From an uncultured delta proteobacterium (lineage in GTDB: Bacteria; Desulfobacterota; Binatia; Binatales; Binataceae), in assembly GCA_963842085.1 (NCBI GenBank), contig CAWJET010000001.1, positions 2,432,001 through 2,496,000 on the forward strand: a DNA stretch of 64,000 nt, in the 5' to 3' direction. Position 1 is the first letter of the stretch, and every line of letters begins with the position of its first letter. Shown one piece after another: positions 9,884-19,015 of this stretch. The position numbers and the translations under genes were made by a program. A model generated the notes under the pieces. That model did not search any database. It was not told the DNA's origin and worked only from the letters and a program-made list of their open reading frames with translations.

Positions 9884-10708
9884 TTAGTTTATCAGGGCCA
9901 CTTGCCGAATCAGGCGCAGCACCGCTTCGCGCGCCGACTCGGCCGCAGGATGCTCGGGCGCCTGCGAAAGAAAACTCTGGTAGTCGTCGAGCGCCGGCTT
10001 GAAGCATTCCAGCCGCTCGAACAGACCGCCGCGCTCCACCAGCTCGTCGAGCGCGCGCGGCTCCAGCATGATAATCCGATCGAGCGCCGCCAGCGCGCGC
10101 GTCCAGTCCGACGCTCTCATATAGATGATCTTCAGGTTGCGCAGCATCCGCGCCAGGATGTGTCGGGCGCCGCGCGGCTTCAACATCGCGGGATTCAACT
10201 CGACCGGCTGTCCGTAAATTTGCGTCAGGCGCGCGCGAATCTCGTCGAGCGCGAGAATCTTTCCGCCGACGAACGGGTCGATGATCAGCTCGCCCCGCTC
10301 GTCCACCGCCTTGACCAGGAAATGGGTCGGGAACGAAACCCCGTAAAGATTGATCCCGAGCCGCCGGCCCACTTCGAGATATACCACCGACAGTGTGATC
10401 GGAATTCCGAGCCGGCGATTGATGACGTCGTTCAGAAACGAGTTGCGCGGGTCGTTGTAGTTCTCCGCGTTGCCCTCGAAGCCCTTCAGCTCGAACAGAA
10501 AATGCGACAGCAACTGGACGCGCTCGACCGTGTCCTCGCCCGCGCGCACGATCGGTTCCGCTTCGCGCGCCAGTGTCGCAATCTTGTCCAGGTACTCCTC
10601 GATGTCGAGGTCGGGGTACTCTTCTTTCGCGATCAACAGCGCGCCGCGCGCCAGTGGCACCGGCTCCTTCGCCGCAATCATCGCAAATTCCCGCCGTGCG
10701 TCGTTCAT
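9884..10708 (-). CDS. SirB1 / transglutaminase-like TPR protein
   Basis: F.GN..NY.DPRNSFL, R.GIPITLS, FP.HFL, IDPF, RML.NLK. Confidence 0.88.
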   Translation of the reverse strand: MNDARREFAMIAAKEPVPLARGALLIAKEEYPDLDIEEYLDKIATLAREAEPIVRAGEDTVERVQLLSHFLFELKGFEGNAENYNDPRNSFLNDVINRRLGIPITLSVVYLEVGRRLGINLYGVSFPTHFLVKAVDERGELIIDPFVGGKILALDEIRARLTQIYGQPVELNPAMLKPRGARHILARMLRNLKIIYMRASDWTRALAALDRIIMLEPRALDELVERGGLFERLECFKPALDDYQSFLSQAPEHPAAESAREAVLRLIRQVALIN

Positions 10709-10768
10709 CAGGTGGGCACCGTTCGTAACAGTGTTGCTTTGCGCGGATGCTTTGACAAGCGTCTGCGA

Positions 10769-11878
10769 TCAGTTTGTTTCGAGCGCCGCCGCTGCCTCTG
10801 TGCGCACCGCAGGGTCGCGGTCCCGGAGCGCGCGCTCGAGTGCGCGTCGCGCCGCGCTTCCCCCGATTTGTCCGAGCGCCCATGCCGCATGCGAGCGGAT
10901 GAGCGGCTCATTTTCGGTTTGCAGTGCGCGCGCGAGCGGAGCCACCGCCGCGGGATTTTGCGTATTGCCGAGCACGACCGCGACGTTGCGCAGCAACCCG
11001 CGCCGCTTGGCGCGCTTCACCGCGCTCACTGTAAAGCGGCGGCCGAACTCATCGTCGTTGAGCGCCAGCAGCCCGGGAAGATAGGGGAGGAGATCGTCAG
11101 AGCCTGCCGCGGACGCATGCTCGCCGTTCCATGGACAAACGTCGTTGCAAATGTCGCAGCCGAAGATCCAGTTGCCGAGTTTCGAGCGCATCTCGCGCGG
11201 AATCGCGCCGCGATTTTCGATCGTCTGATACGAGATGCACAGATCCGAGCGCATCACGTAGCCGTCCGCGAGCGCGCCGGTTGGACACAGCTCGAGGCAT
11301 CGCCGGCACGTCCCGCAATGTTCGCGGTAAGGCCCGGTCGTCGCCTCGAATTCGGCGTCGGTGAAAATCTCGGCGAGAAAAAAGTACGAACCGTGGTCGC
11401 GGTTCAGGAGCATCGTGTTCTTGCCGAACCATCCGATGCGCGCATCCGCCGCCCATTCGCGCTCGAGGACCGGCCCCGTGTCCACGTACGCGCGCGTGAT
11501 CGAGCAGGGACGAAGCTGCGAAATCACTCCGGCAACGGCGCGCGCCCGCCGCAGCACTACGTCGTGATAGTCGCGGCCAAGCGCGTACGCCGCGATTCTG
11601 CCGCGCAACTCGCCGCGCCAATCGACCTTCGGCGTCGCGCGCGCGGCGTACGGATAGCCCAGGCTCACGACCGACTTGTAGCGCGCGTCGAGGAGGCGCG
11701 GGTCGAACCTGCGCTCGGGCTCCCGCGCCAGGTAAGCCATGGTCGCGTGACCGCCCTCTGCGAGCCATTGGCGATAAAACGCTTCGCGTTCATCTAGCTG
11801 ACGCAGCCGCGCGAATCCCACCAGCACGAATCCTTGCTCGATGGCGGCGCGCTTCAAGCTTTCACGTGAAAGGTCCAT
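10769..11878 (-). CDS. queG: Epoxyqueuosine reductase
   Basis: YA.GRDYH, VDTGPVLER, GW.GKN, CGTCRRC...CPT, CISY.TIE, FGCDIC..VCPWN; C-terminal HEAT repeats. Confidence 0.95.
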   Translation of the reverse strand: MDLSRESLKRAAIEQGFVLVGFARLRQLDEREAFYRQWLAEGGHATMAYLAREPERRFDPRLLDARYKSVVSLGYPYAARATPKVDWRGELRGRIAAYALGRDYHDVVLRRARAVAGVISQLRPCSITRAYVDTGPVLEREWAADARIGWFGKNTMLLNRDHGSYFFLAEIFTDAEFEATTGPYREHCGTCRRCLELCPTGALADGYVMRSDLCISYQTIENRGAIPREMRSKLGNWIFGCDICNDVCPWNGEHASAAGSDDLLPYLPGLLALNDDEFGRRFTVSAVKRAKRRGLLRNVAVVLGNTQNPAAVAPLARALQTENEPLIRSHAAWALGQIGGSAARRALERALRDRDPAVRTEAAAALETN

Positions 11879-12023
11879 CGCGATGCCAAAACGCTAGCAT
11901 CTGTCTAGGCTTTTTGCGCTGATAATTGTGGATGCATTGACTCGACTATTGGGCTACGATTAATTTCTTGGTGGAGCGCATGATTGACAGGTAAGCGCTT
12001 CTTACCGGAGGTTGGCAGTAAAA

Positions 12024-12449
12024 ATGGCCGAAGGACTTCACATCGAGCATAATGGTCACGAGCATGAGCACGAGCGTGCCGAGCAGCAGGCGCCAGTTCA
12101 GCCAATCGACACCGCGTCGTTGCCCGACGTCAAGCTGACGCCCAAGGCGATCGAGATGGTCCGCAAGATGCACGCGAAGGAAGGTCTCGGCGCCGAGCAC
12201 GGGATGCGAATCGGCGTGGTCGGCGGCGGATGCTCCGGCTTTCAGTATTCGCTCAACTTCGACACGCGGAAAGAAGGCGACCGGGTGACGGATTTCGGCG
12301 GCGTGCTGGTATTCGTCGACGAGATTTCGCTGCCGTATATCGCGGGCACGACGCTCGACTACGTCGAGGGGCTGCACAGCGCGGGATTCCGCTTCGATAA
12401 TCCGCGCGCTAGCCGCACGTGCGGATGCGGGTCGTCGTTCAGCGCGTAA
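12024..12449 (+). CDS. iscA: A-type Fe-S carrier (HesB/IscA/ErpA)
   Basis: GGGCSGFQY and NP...TCGCGSSF; His-rich N-terminus. Confidence 0.9.
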   Translation: MAEGLHIEHNGHEHEHERAEQQAPVQPIDTASLPDVKLTPKAIEMVRKMHAKEGLGAEHGMRIGVVGGGCSGFQYSLNFDTRKEGDRVTDFGGVLVFVDEISLPYIAGTTLDYVEGLHSAGFRFDNPRASRTCGCGSSFSA

Positions 12450-12471
12450 CATTAGCCACTGCTCTATTTAC

Positions 12472-12504
12472 AAGGCCGCTCCCTCCGAGCGGCCTTTTTC
12501 TTTT
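12472..12504 (+). terminator. Intrinsic terminator
   Basis: AAGGCCGCTC-cctcc-GAGCGGCCTT followed by T-tract. Confidence 0.85.
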
Positions 12505-12515
12505 CAGGAAAGGGC

Positions 12516-13091
12516 GTGTTAGACGGATCGATGATGCTGGCTGGATTGCTCAACTGGCTGTCTCCGGCGCGACGGCGCTTCATGCGGCGGCTGGCGAAGC
12601 CGGGACTCGACGCGACGCGCGCGCGGCTGGCCGAGGCGGGGTCGCCGCGCGCCGTTCAGTTCATCTCGACGATTCTGGACGCCAACGCCGACTTCCTTGC
12701 CTACGCGCTATCGCCCAAGGGTCCGCTTAAGATGTATTGCGATCGCGCGACGCCCGCGACGGTTACAGCGTGTATCGTCACGATGCTGATCTACTCGGTG
12801 AACCTGTTCGCGCGCGACGAAATGCAGAACAACGAGAGCGAGATGCTCGCGCTGCTGGCGCATATCGCGGGTGTCAAGCCGACGCAGGTGATGCTGCGGC
12901 GCGACGCGCTGCGCAAGGCGCCGCGCTCCGAGGAGTGGATGGTGCTGACGTGGCTCGCGAAGGACCTTGGCGCCGAGCCGCCGAAGTACGACGCCGAGCT
13001 TGAGCGCGCCTTCGGATACAATTATCTGTCGTACATCGCTCAGTACCGGCCGACGCTCGAGCGTGAGATTGCCGCGGCGGACACGGCCTGA
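12516..13091 (+). CDS. Hypothetical protein
   Basis: ORF with host-like GC3 bias filling the gap between iscA and fabG; start uncertain. Confidence 0.7.
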   Translation: MLDGSMMLAGLLNWLSPARRRFMRRLAKPGLDATRARLAEAGSPRAVQFISTILDANADFLAYALSPKGPLKMYCDRATPATVTACIVTMLIYSVNLFARDEMQNNESEMLALLAHIAGVKPTQVMLRRDALRKAPRSEEWMVLTWLAKDLGAEPPKYDAELERAFGYNYLSYIAQYRPTLEREIAAADTA

Positions 13092-13107
13092 ACTTCAGGA
13101 GCTCAAG

Positions 13108-13854
13108 ATGAAAGACCTCGAAGGGCGGGGAGTTATCGTCACCGGCGCGACACGCGGAATCGGGCACGCGATCGCGCTGGAAGTCGCGCGGCGCGGCGCC
13201 AACGTGTCGTTCAACTACGTCAAGAGCGATCAGAATGCGGCGGAGCTCAAAACCGAAATCGAAAAGCTCGGCGTGAAGGTGCTCGCGTACAAGGTCGATG
13301 TCGGCGACCTCAAGAGCGTGCGCGAGATGGTCAACGCGACCAAGAAGGAATTCGGACAAATCGACGGGCTGGTCAACAACGCCGGCATGACGCGCGACAA
13401 GGTGTTCGTGATGATGTCGGAAGAGGACTGGAACGAGGTCATCCGTGTCAACCTGACAGGGGCGTTCAACTTCGCGCGCGCGGCGGCGTTCATGATGATG
13501 AAAGCGAAGCGCGGCTCGATCCTCAATATAACATCGGTCAGCGGGCTTATCGGACTGCCGGGACAGGCGAACTATTCTGCGGCAAAGGCGGGACTGATAG
13601 GTCTTACAAAATCCGTCGCCAAAGAAGTAGGGCGGCTCGGCGTCCGCGTCAACGCACTGGCACTGGGATTCATCGAAACCGACATGACCGCATCACTCCC
13701 CGAAGAGAATCGAGCCCAGGCACTCGCGATGATTCCGCTAGGCCGCTTCGGCAAAGTGGAGGACGTAGTGCCGATGGCGGCATTCCTGCTGAGCGACGCC
13801 GCATCATACATAACCGGCGCAGTAATCCAGGTTGACGGCGGCCTCGCGATGTAA
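13108..13854 (+). CDS. fabG: 3-oxoacyl-ACP reductase (SDR)
   Basis: AGGAG RBS; TGATRGIG, NNAG, G.PGQANYSAAK, GFIETDMT, VDGG. Confidence 0.85.
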   Translation: MKDLEGRGVIVTGATRGIGHAIALEVARRGANVSFNYVKSDQNAAELKTEIEKLGVKVLAYKVDVGDLKSVREMVNATKKEFGQIDGLVNNAGMTRDKVFVMMSEEDWNEVIRVNLTGAFNFARAAAFMMMKAKRGSILNITSVSGLIGLPGQANYSAAKAGLIGLTKSVAKEVGRLGVRVNALALGFIETDMTASLPEENRAQALAMIPLGRFGKVEDVVPMAAFLLSDAASYITGAVIQVDGGLAM

Positions 13855-13958
13855 GCGCGCGGCGCGCGTTTCGGGGAAACCGGGGTCGCACTGCGTGCGT
13901 GATTTGGTGGCCTTGTGCCTGCGGCGAGCGCGATAGTGTCGACGCCCACCAGCGTATG

Positions 13959-16229
13959 TCAGTGCCCCCAGGAGCGGGCGCAGCTTAAGATGTCGATCGG
14001 CGTGCCGTCCTCGACTGCGCGGTACTTTTGCCAGAAGCTCGAATCGATTTGCTTGAGCGCCGGCGGCTCGCGCCGGCGCCATCGATTGCACGCTCCCGGG
14101 CCGCCGTTGTAGGCCGCATACGCCGAGCGCGCGAGATGGCTGGCTACCGGCACAGGATCGAACTTCGGTTGCGCGGCCGACGCATACTGCATCATGCGCG
14201 CCAGGATCTCGCACCCCGCGCCCGCGTTGTAGAGCACGTCCCACTTGAGGCGCTCGATATCGTAAAACCCGCGCCACACGTGCTTGTTCACCTGCATCAG
14301 GCCGATGTCGCCGGTCGCGGACTCGAGCCATCGCAGGCGCGCGCCGTCCAACACGAATTGGCGCCAGCAGCTTTCCTCCCATGCGGTGCTGAGCACGAGC
14401 GTTACGTAAGTCTGTGAATTGTTGGCGTCGATGGCGGCGGTGCTGAGTTGGTGCTCGGCGCTGAGATTGAGCAGCAGGCCCATGTCGTGGCGATAGGAGT
14501 CGGCGTTCGCTTCGGTCACGACGAGATGGTAGAGGCGGCCGGCGACATCCTGCAGGCGAGGCATCAGTGCGGTGTCGTCCTCGGCAGCGTCGGCCTCTTG
14601 CGGTGAGAGGAGGTTTAGCAACCTAACCCCTAACCCAGGGGCAGCAGAACCCGCACCTGCCTCGCTACGCGAGGTCGCCTCTCCCGTAAAGTAACAGGCG
14701 AGGTAATTTCGGAACATTCGCGCGGAAGGCCCGGGCGTCGGGAGAATTGATCCGCGCGGCGACGGGACCGCCGCCGGCGTGCTTGCGCTGCTTGAACCTG
14801 GCAACGCGCCGCCCGCGGAGGAGGGAGGGATGTTTTCTTCTTCGATTGGATGGTGGCTTGCGGTCGGCACCGCCGCGGTCGGCACCGCCGCGGGCGGCTC
14901 CGCCGCGGGCGGCTCCGGGAATGCGAAGAGCTTTTTCAGGTCACGATCTTCGCTGTAGTTGAACTGAAGCGGATCGCCGGTGGCAGTGGGCGCCATGATA
15001 TGCGCGAGGCGGCGAAGATCGGCGGCCGAGATGCGCATCCCAAGCGCGGGCGCCGCCTGATCGAGCGCAAACAGCGCGTCGCCGGCCGAGATGAACGACA
15101 TGAATTCGAGCGCGCTCGGCCCCAGCATCCCGCGCCGCGCGGCGGCGCGGACCGCGTCGTGGAGCTGGCGCCATTCGTCGAGGAACAAAACGCGCACCGG
15201 ATCGGGCCCCGCCGCGGCGGGCGGATTGTTCAGCGCCTGGACGAGGCGATAGCGGCTGTCGAGCAGGATTTGCAGCAACTGGTCGCGGAATTGATGGTCG
15301 CCGACCGCGTCGCCGAGATGCTTGATCGAGAAAACCAGAAACGCGTCCCATTGATCGAGCGTGTCCTGGAAGGCTTTCAGCTCGGCCGGCCTGGGCGAGG
15401 CCGCGGCGCCGGGAATCGCGGTCGGAGTCGGGAAGTCAGGCACCGTCATCACGAGCGTGATGCGGACGCCGTCGTCGAGCGCGGCGATGTCCCGCTCGGC
15501 GGTCAGACTTGCGATCGCGGCGCGGACGCGCTCGGCGGCGTCGGGCGGAATCGCATCGGCGGCCATCGCGGCGAGCTGCTGAACCGCGGGATTGAGATCG
15601 TAGGAAAAGTCGTCGAGCCGCGGAATGAGATAGCTCTTGATGAGGTCGAAGCCCCGGCTGACGAGCTCCGTTTCCTGATGGGCCGTATCGTAGAGATTCA
15701 AATCGGTGAAGTGAAATTTGAGCTGGAGGCCGGGCGCGATGTACGGGACGCCGAGCGCCTCGACGATGCCGCTCCATTGTATGGCGTTGAGGCATTGCGA
15801 TCCCATCGCGACGCCCAGCGCGAGGCTGTTGGCGGTTTCGAGCCGCACCGTTGCGGCGCCGCCGGCGGTGGCGCGTGAGAACTCGGGATTTTCGGCGTAG
15901 AGATACTGGCAATCGCTGAGGCCCTTCCAAAGCTCGGCGCGCCCGCCGGGCGCGGTGTAGAGCTTGCGCTTGAGCGCTTCGCGCAGCGTGATGTAGTCGA
16001 TGGTGAGCGGAATGCGCACTTGCGATGCGCGCGCGGGAGCGGAGTGGCCGAGGAAGATTGACATCGCGACGGCGATAATTGTCCACAACCTAACTGCTGA
16101 GGTCTTTGGTGCAACCTGAGCGGCCGCGTTACGCGAGGCCGCCTCTCCCCTAAAATAGTGGGCGAGGTAATCGCGGAAAAATCGCGGACAGAGGAGGCGC
16201 GGCGAGTCGGATCTAACGAGCATGGTCAT
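13959..16229 (-). CDS. Large secreted protein with C-terminal lytic transglycosylase (SLT) domain
   Basis: AWEES catalytic Glu, GLMQVN, YN, YAAYNGG; signal-like segment ending APARA; start uncertain (ORF extends to 16262). Confidence 0.8.
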   Translation of the reverse strand: MTMLVRSDSPRLLCPRFFRDYLAHYFRGEAASRNAAAQVAPKTSAVRLWTIIAVAMSIFLGHSAPARASQVRIPLTIDYITLREALKRKLYTAPGGRAELWKGLSDCQYLYAENPEFSRATAGGAATVRLETANSLALGVAMGSQCLNAIQWSGIVEALGVPYIAPGLQLKFHFTDLNLYDTAHQETELVSRGFDLIKSYLIPRLDDFSYDLNPAVQQLAAMAADAIPPDAAERVRAAIASLTAERDIAALDDGVRITLVMTVPDFPTPTAIPGAAASPRPAELKAFQDTLDQWDAFLVFSIKHLGDAVGDHQFRDQLLQILLDSRYRLVQALNNPPAAAGPDPVRVLFLDEWRQLHDAVRAAARRGMLGPSALEFMSFISAGDALFALDQAAPALGMRISAADLRRLAHIMAPTATGDPLQFNYSEDRDLKKLFAFPEPPAAEPPAAVPTAAVPTASHHPIEEENIPPSSAGGALPGSSSASTPAAVPSPRGSILPTPGPSARMFRNYLACYFTGEATSRSEAGAGSAAPGLGVRLLNLLSPQEADAAEDDTALMPRLQDVAGRLYHLVVTEANADSYRHDMGLLLNLSAEHQLSTAAIDANNSQTYVTLVLSTAWEESCWRQFVLDGARLRWLESATGDIGLMQVNKHVWRGFYDIERLKWDVLYNAGAGCEILARMMQYASAAQPKFDPVPVASHLARSAYAAYNGGPGACNRWRRREPPALKQIDSSFWQKYRAVEDGTPIDILSCARSWGH
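14619..14722 (+). repeat. Family A repeat variant in frame within the SLT gene
   Basis: GCAGAACCCGCACCT...GCCTCTCCCGTAAAGTAACAGGCGAGG matches 458-500 and 16086-16186. Confidence 0.8.
16086..16186 (+). repeat. Family A repeat variant at the 5' end of the SLT ORF
   Basis: CAACCTAAC...TACGCGAGG.CGCCTCTCCC.TAAA...GGCGAGGTAAT...CGGAA...TCGCG shared with 14619-14722. Confidence 0.78.
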
Positions 16230-16392
16230 GAATTGCCGGTTTTGGTTACGAAGGCGACTCAACTCGCGCGCATCAGGCGCGCACTCCTGTCATGAGTCAA
16301 CTATTATGGCAACTGCGTTCGTCCTTGAAAGCGGTTGCGCCGGTTACGATAATCATGTCCGAAGTATCGCCGGAAGCTGACGGGTAAGCCCG

Positions 16393-16908
16393 ATGAGTAC
16401 AGAACGTCAGGCAGATTTTTACGAAGCGGAGCCGCCGCAGGCGTCGCGCGAACTGGCGAAGCTGCGAGCCTCGAGCGACTACGTGGCGCCGTTCGAGATC
16501 GTGCGGCGGCGCGTGATCGACGACGTCTACGAAGGCAAGATGACGGTCGATGCGACGCTCATAATCCGCATCGGCGACATCGAGGAAACCGAAGCGGCGT
16601 CGGGTGTCGGCGTGCTGCACGCGCTCGACGTGGCGCTGCGCAAGGCCCTGCTCAAATATTTTCCGTACCTCGAACCGGTAAAAGTGATCGAAACTTATCA
16701 GCACGCGACCGGCGCTTCGACCGAGGCGGACGTCGTGTCGGTCAAGAAATTTTCCGACGGGCAGATGTTGTGGACCACGCTGGCGAAGTCGTCCAACACG
16801 ATCGAGGCGGCATGGATGTCGCTGCTCGACGGCTACGAATGGCGAATCATCAACGAGAACGCCCGGCTGCGCCGGCTGAACGCGAATTCGCGGCTGTCGC
16901 GGCGCTGA
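16393..16908 (+). CDS. Stand-alone LeuA/CimA allosteric (regulatory) domain protein
   Basis: A.G.G..HALD.ALRKAL...FP.L..V and W.T...S.N.IEA.W.SL.DG.E resemble the citramalate/IPM synthase C-terminus. Confidence 0.75.
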   Translation: MSTERQADFYEAEPPQASRELAKLRASSDYVAPFEIVRRRVIDDVYEGKMTVDATLIIRIGDIEETEAASGVGVLHALDVALRKALLKYFPYLEPVKVIETYQHATGASTEADVVSVKKFSDGQMLWTTLAKSSNTIEAAWMSLLDGYEWRIINENARLRRLNANSRLSRR

Positions 16909-16928
16909 CGGGACAAGGGACGAGCGCG

Positions 16929-17357
16929 ATGACCGTGGGTGAGCAAGCGGCAAACGTCGGCAAGGCGTCGCCGGGCAAGCTGGCGATTTTGTACGACGGC
17001 TCGTGCGAGATGTGCCGCGCGAGCCTCGACGGAATCCGCCAATTCGACAACTCAGGAAACATTGAGCCGCTCGACCTTCATGAAGAAGAAGTGCGCGCAC
17101 AGTTTCCGGAGTTGAAGCTGGAGAACCTGCTCGAGGAATTGCACGCAGTGGACGAGAGCGGGCGCGTGTACCGCGGCGCGCGTGCGATCAACGAAATCCT
17201 GCGGCGGCAGCGCGGGCTCAAGGGCTGCCTCGCATACCTGTGGTATGTCCCCGGCTACGCGTGGCTGGCGGACCGGCAGTACAAGCGGATCGCGGCGTCG
17301 AGATACGCACGCGATGCGCGCGGCAGGCTCAAGGGGCAGCCGGCCGGGGAGCAATAG
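16929..17357 (+). CDS. DCC family thiol-disulfide oxidoreductase (DUF393)
   Basis: YDGSCEMC, G..Y.GARA, Y..IA.SRY. Confidence 0.85.
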   Translation: MTVGEQAANVGKASPGKLAILYDGSCEMCRASLDGIRQFDNSGNIEPLDLHEEEVRAQFPELKLENLLEELHAVDESGRVYRGARAINEILRRQRGLKGCLAYLWYVPGYAWLADRQYKRIAASRYARDARGRLKGQPAGEQ

Positions 17358-17389
17358 TCGCCTCTTCCCCCAAGCCCCGCATCTCTGTT

Positions 17390-17433
17390 TTAACATTGGG
17401 TGCAGGGGATGCGCCGGGGGCGATCGCCCCTGC
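17390..17433 (+). repeat. REP-like repeat family B
   Basis: TTAACATTGGGTGCAGGGG...CCCCTGC; relatives at 18914 and 63256. Confidence 0.6.
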
Positions 17434-17453
17434 TAAGCTTGGCGCTCGCACTC

Positions 17454-18881
17454 GTGAAACCATTCTACATTTTCAATTCGCTCAACCGCGCGGTCGAGGA
17501 GTTTCGGCCGCTCAATCCGCCCGAGGTCACGCTGTATTCGTGCGGGCCGACGGTCTATCTGCCGCAGCATCTCGGGAATTTGCGCGCGTACGTGTTCGTC
17601 GACAGCCTGCGCCGAACGCTGGAGTTCAACGGCTACCGGGTGCGTCACGTGATGAACGTGACGGACGTCGGGCACATGACGGGCGACCTGGACGAGGGCG
17701 AGGACAAAGTCGAGAAAACCGCACGCGCGCAGGGTAAATCGCCGCTCGCGGTCGCGAACTATTATCTCGAGCAGTTCCAGCGCGATTGCGCGGCGCTCAA
17801 TCTCGAGCCGCCGCACGTGTGGTCGCGCGCGACCGATCATATCGGCGACATGATCGCGCTGACCGCGAGAATTATCGACGCGGGATTTGCCTACGTCACC
17901 AACAGCGGCGTGTACTTCGACGTCGAGAAGTATCGCGGGGAGAATCGCCTCGGGCGGCTCTCGCGCCAGAGCCTCGATGAGCAGAACGCCGCGCAACGCC
18001 TCGAGCATTCGGCGGACAAGCGTAGCCCGCACGATTTCACGCTGTGGGTGCTCGGCCAGCCCGGCCATCTGATGCAATGGGACAGTCCGTGGGGACGCGG
18101 CTATCCGGGCTGGCATATCGAGTGCTCGGCGATGGCGATGAAATACCTGGGCGAGACTATCGACATCCACACCGGCGGCATCGATCACATCCCGGTGCAT
18201 CACGAGAACGAAATCGCGCAGTCGGAAAGCGCAACTCACAAACCGTTCGCGCGATATTTTGTACATAACGCGTTTCTCGTCGGCAAGGAGGGATCCAAGA
18301 TCAGCAAGAGCGCGGGCAAGTTCCCGCTGCTGAGCGATCTTGGGCCGGCGGGAATCGAGCCGCTGGCGTTCAGGATCTTCTGCTACGGCGCGAAGTACCG
18401 CTCCGAGCTTGCCTTCAACGACGAGGCCATCCGCGCGGCGCAGCGCAATCTCGATTACTTTCGGGAGTTCGCGCGCGGCGTGCCCGACGAGGCGGCGGCC
18501 GACGGGGTCGAGGCGGCGGGATGGGCGGCGGAGTACTACGAACGCTTTCACGACGCGATTAACAACGATCTGAATACGCCGCAGGCGCTTGCAGTGGCGC
18601 TGGAACTGATCGCGGAGGTATACCGGCGCAAGGATTTCCGCGCGTGGCCGACCTTGCGCGCGCTCGACACGGTGTTGGGGCTCGAACTCGGAAAGCATCG
18701 CGCGACGGCGCGCGCGGGTGCGATCGCGTCAGACGTGCAGCAACTGATCGACAATCGAACGGCAGCCCGCAAGGCGAAGGACTTCATACTCGCCGACGAG
18801 CTGCGCAAGGAAATCGAGCGGCGCGGCTACGAGGTCAAGGACAATCGCGACGGCACGGCGACCTATCAGCGGCGCGGCTGA
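17454..18881 (+). CDS. cysS: Cysteine--tRNA ligase
   Basis: YSCGPTVY, HLGN, N.TDVGH, DF.LW, W.SPWG.G.PGWHIECSAM, HHENEIAQSE, KISKS; GTG start inferred. Confidence 0.95.
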   Translation: MKPFYIFNSLNRAVEEFRPLNPPEVTLYSCGPTVYLPQHLGNLRAYVFVDSLRRTLEFNGYRVRHVMNVTDVGHMTGDLDEGEDKVEKTARAQGKSPLAVANYYLEQFQRDCAALNLEPPHVWSRATDHIGDMIALTARIIDAGFAYVTNSGVYFDVEKYRGENRLGRLSRQSLDEQNAAQRLEHSADKRSPHDFTLWVLGQPGHLMQWDSPWGRGYPGWHIECSAMAMKYLGETIDIHTGGIDHIPVHHENEIAQSESATHKPFARYFVHNAFLVGKEGSKISKSAGKFPLLSDLGPAGIEPLAFRIFCYGAKYRSELAFNDEAIRAAQRNLDYFREFARGVPDEAAADGVEAAGWAAEYYERFHDAINNDLNTPQALAVALELIAEVYRRKDFRAWPTLRALDTVLGLELGKHRATARAGAIASDVQQLIDNRTAARKAKDFILADELRKEIERRGYEVKDNRDGTATYQRRG

Positions 18882-18913
18882 TCTACCAAGCCAAGGAAAT
18901 AGCGGATTTTTTC

Positions 18914-18941
18914 TTAATACTGGTGCAGGGGTCACCCCTGC
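18914..18941 (+). repeat. REP-like repeat family B
   Basis: TTAATACTGGTGCAGGGG-tca-CCCCTGC perfect 7-bp hairpin. Confidence 0.6.
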
Positions 18942-19015
18942 TGCCTTGAATGGTTGCGCGAAAGTCTCTTAGAATCGCGCCTTGACGCTTCGAATTGTCT
19001 GCCCAGAAGGAACCA

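Noticed and set aside
8278-11797. Long plus-strand ORFs (574 and 674 aa) and similar long antisense ORFs elsewhere
   Set aside because: Shadow ORFs opposite well-supported genes, expected in high-GC DNA.
14850-14916. Short tandem repeats (EPPAA, VPTAA) in the SLT gene
   Set aside because: Ordinary low-complexity Pro/Ala linker expansion.
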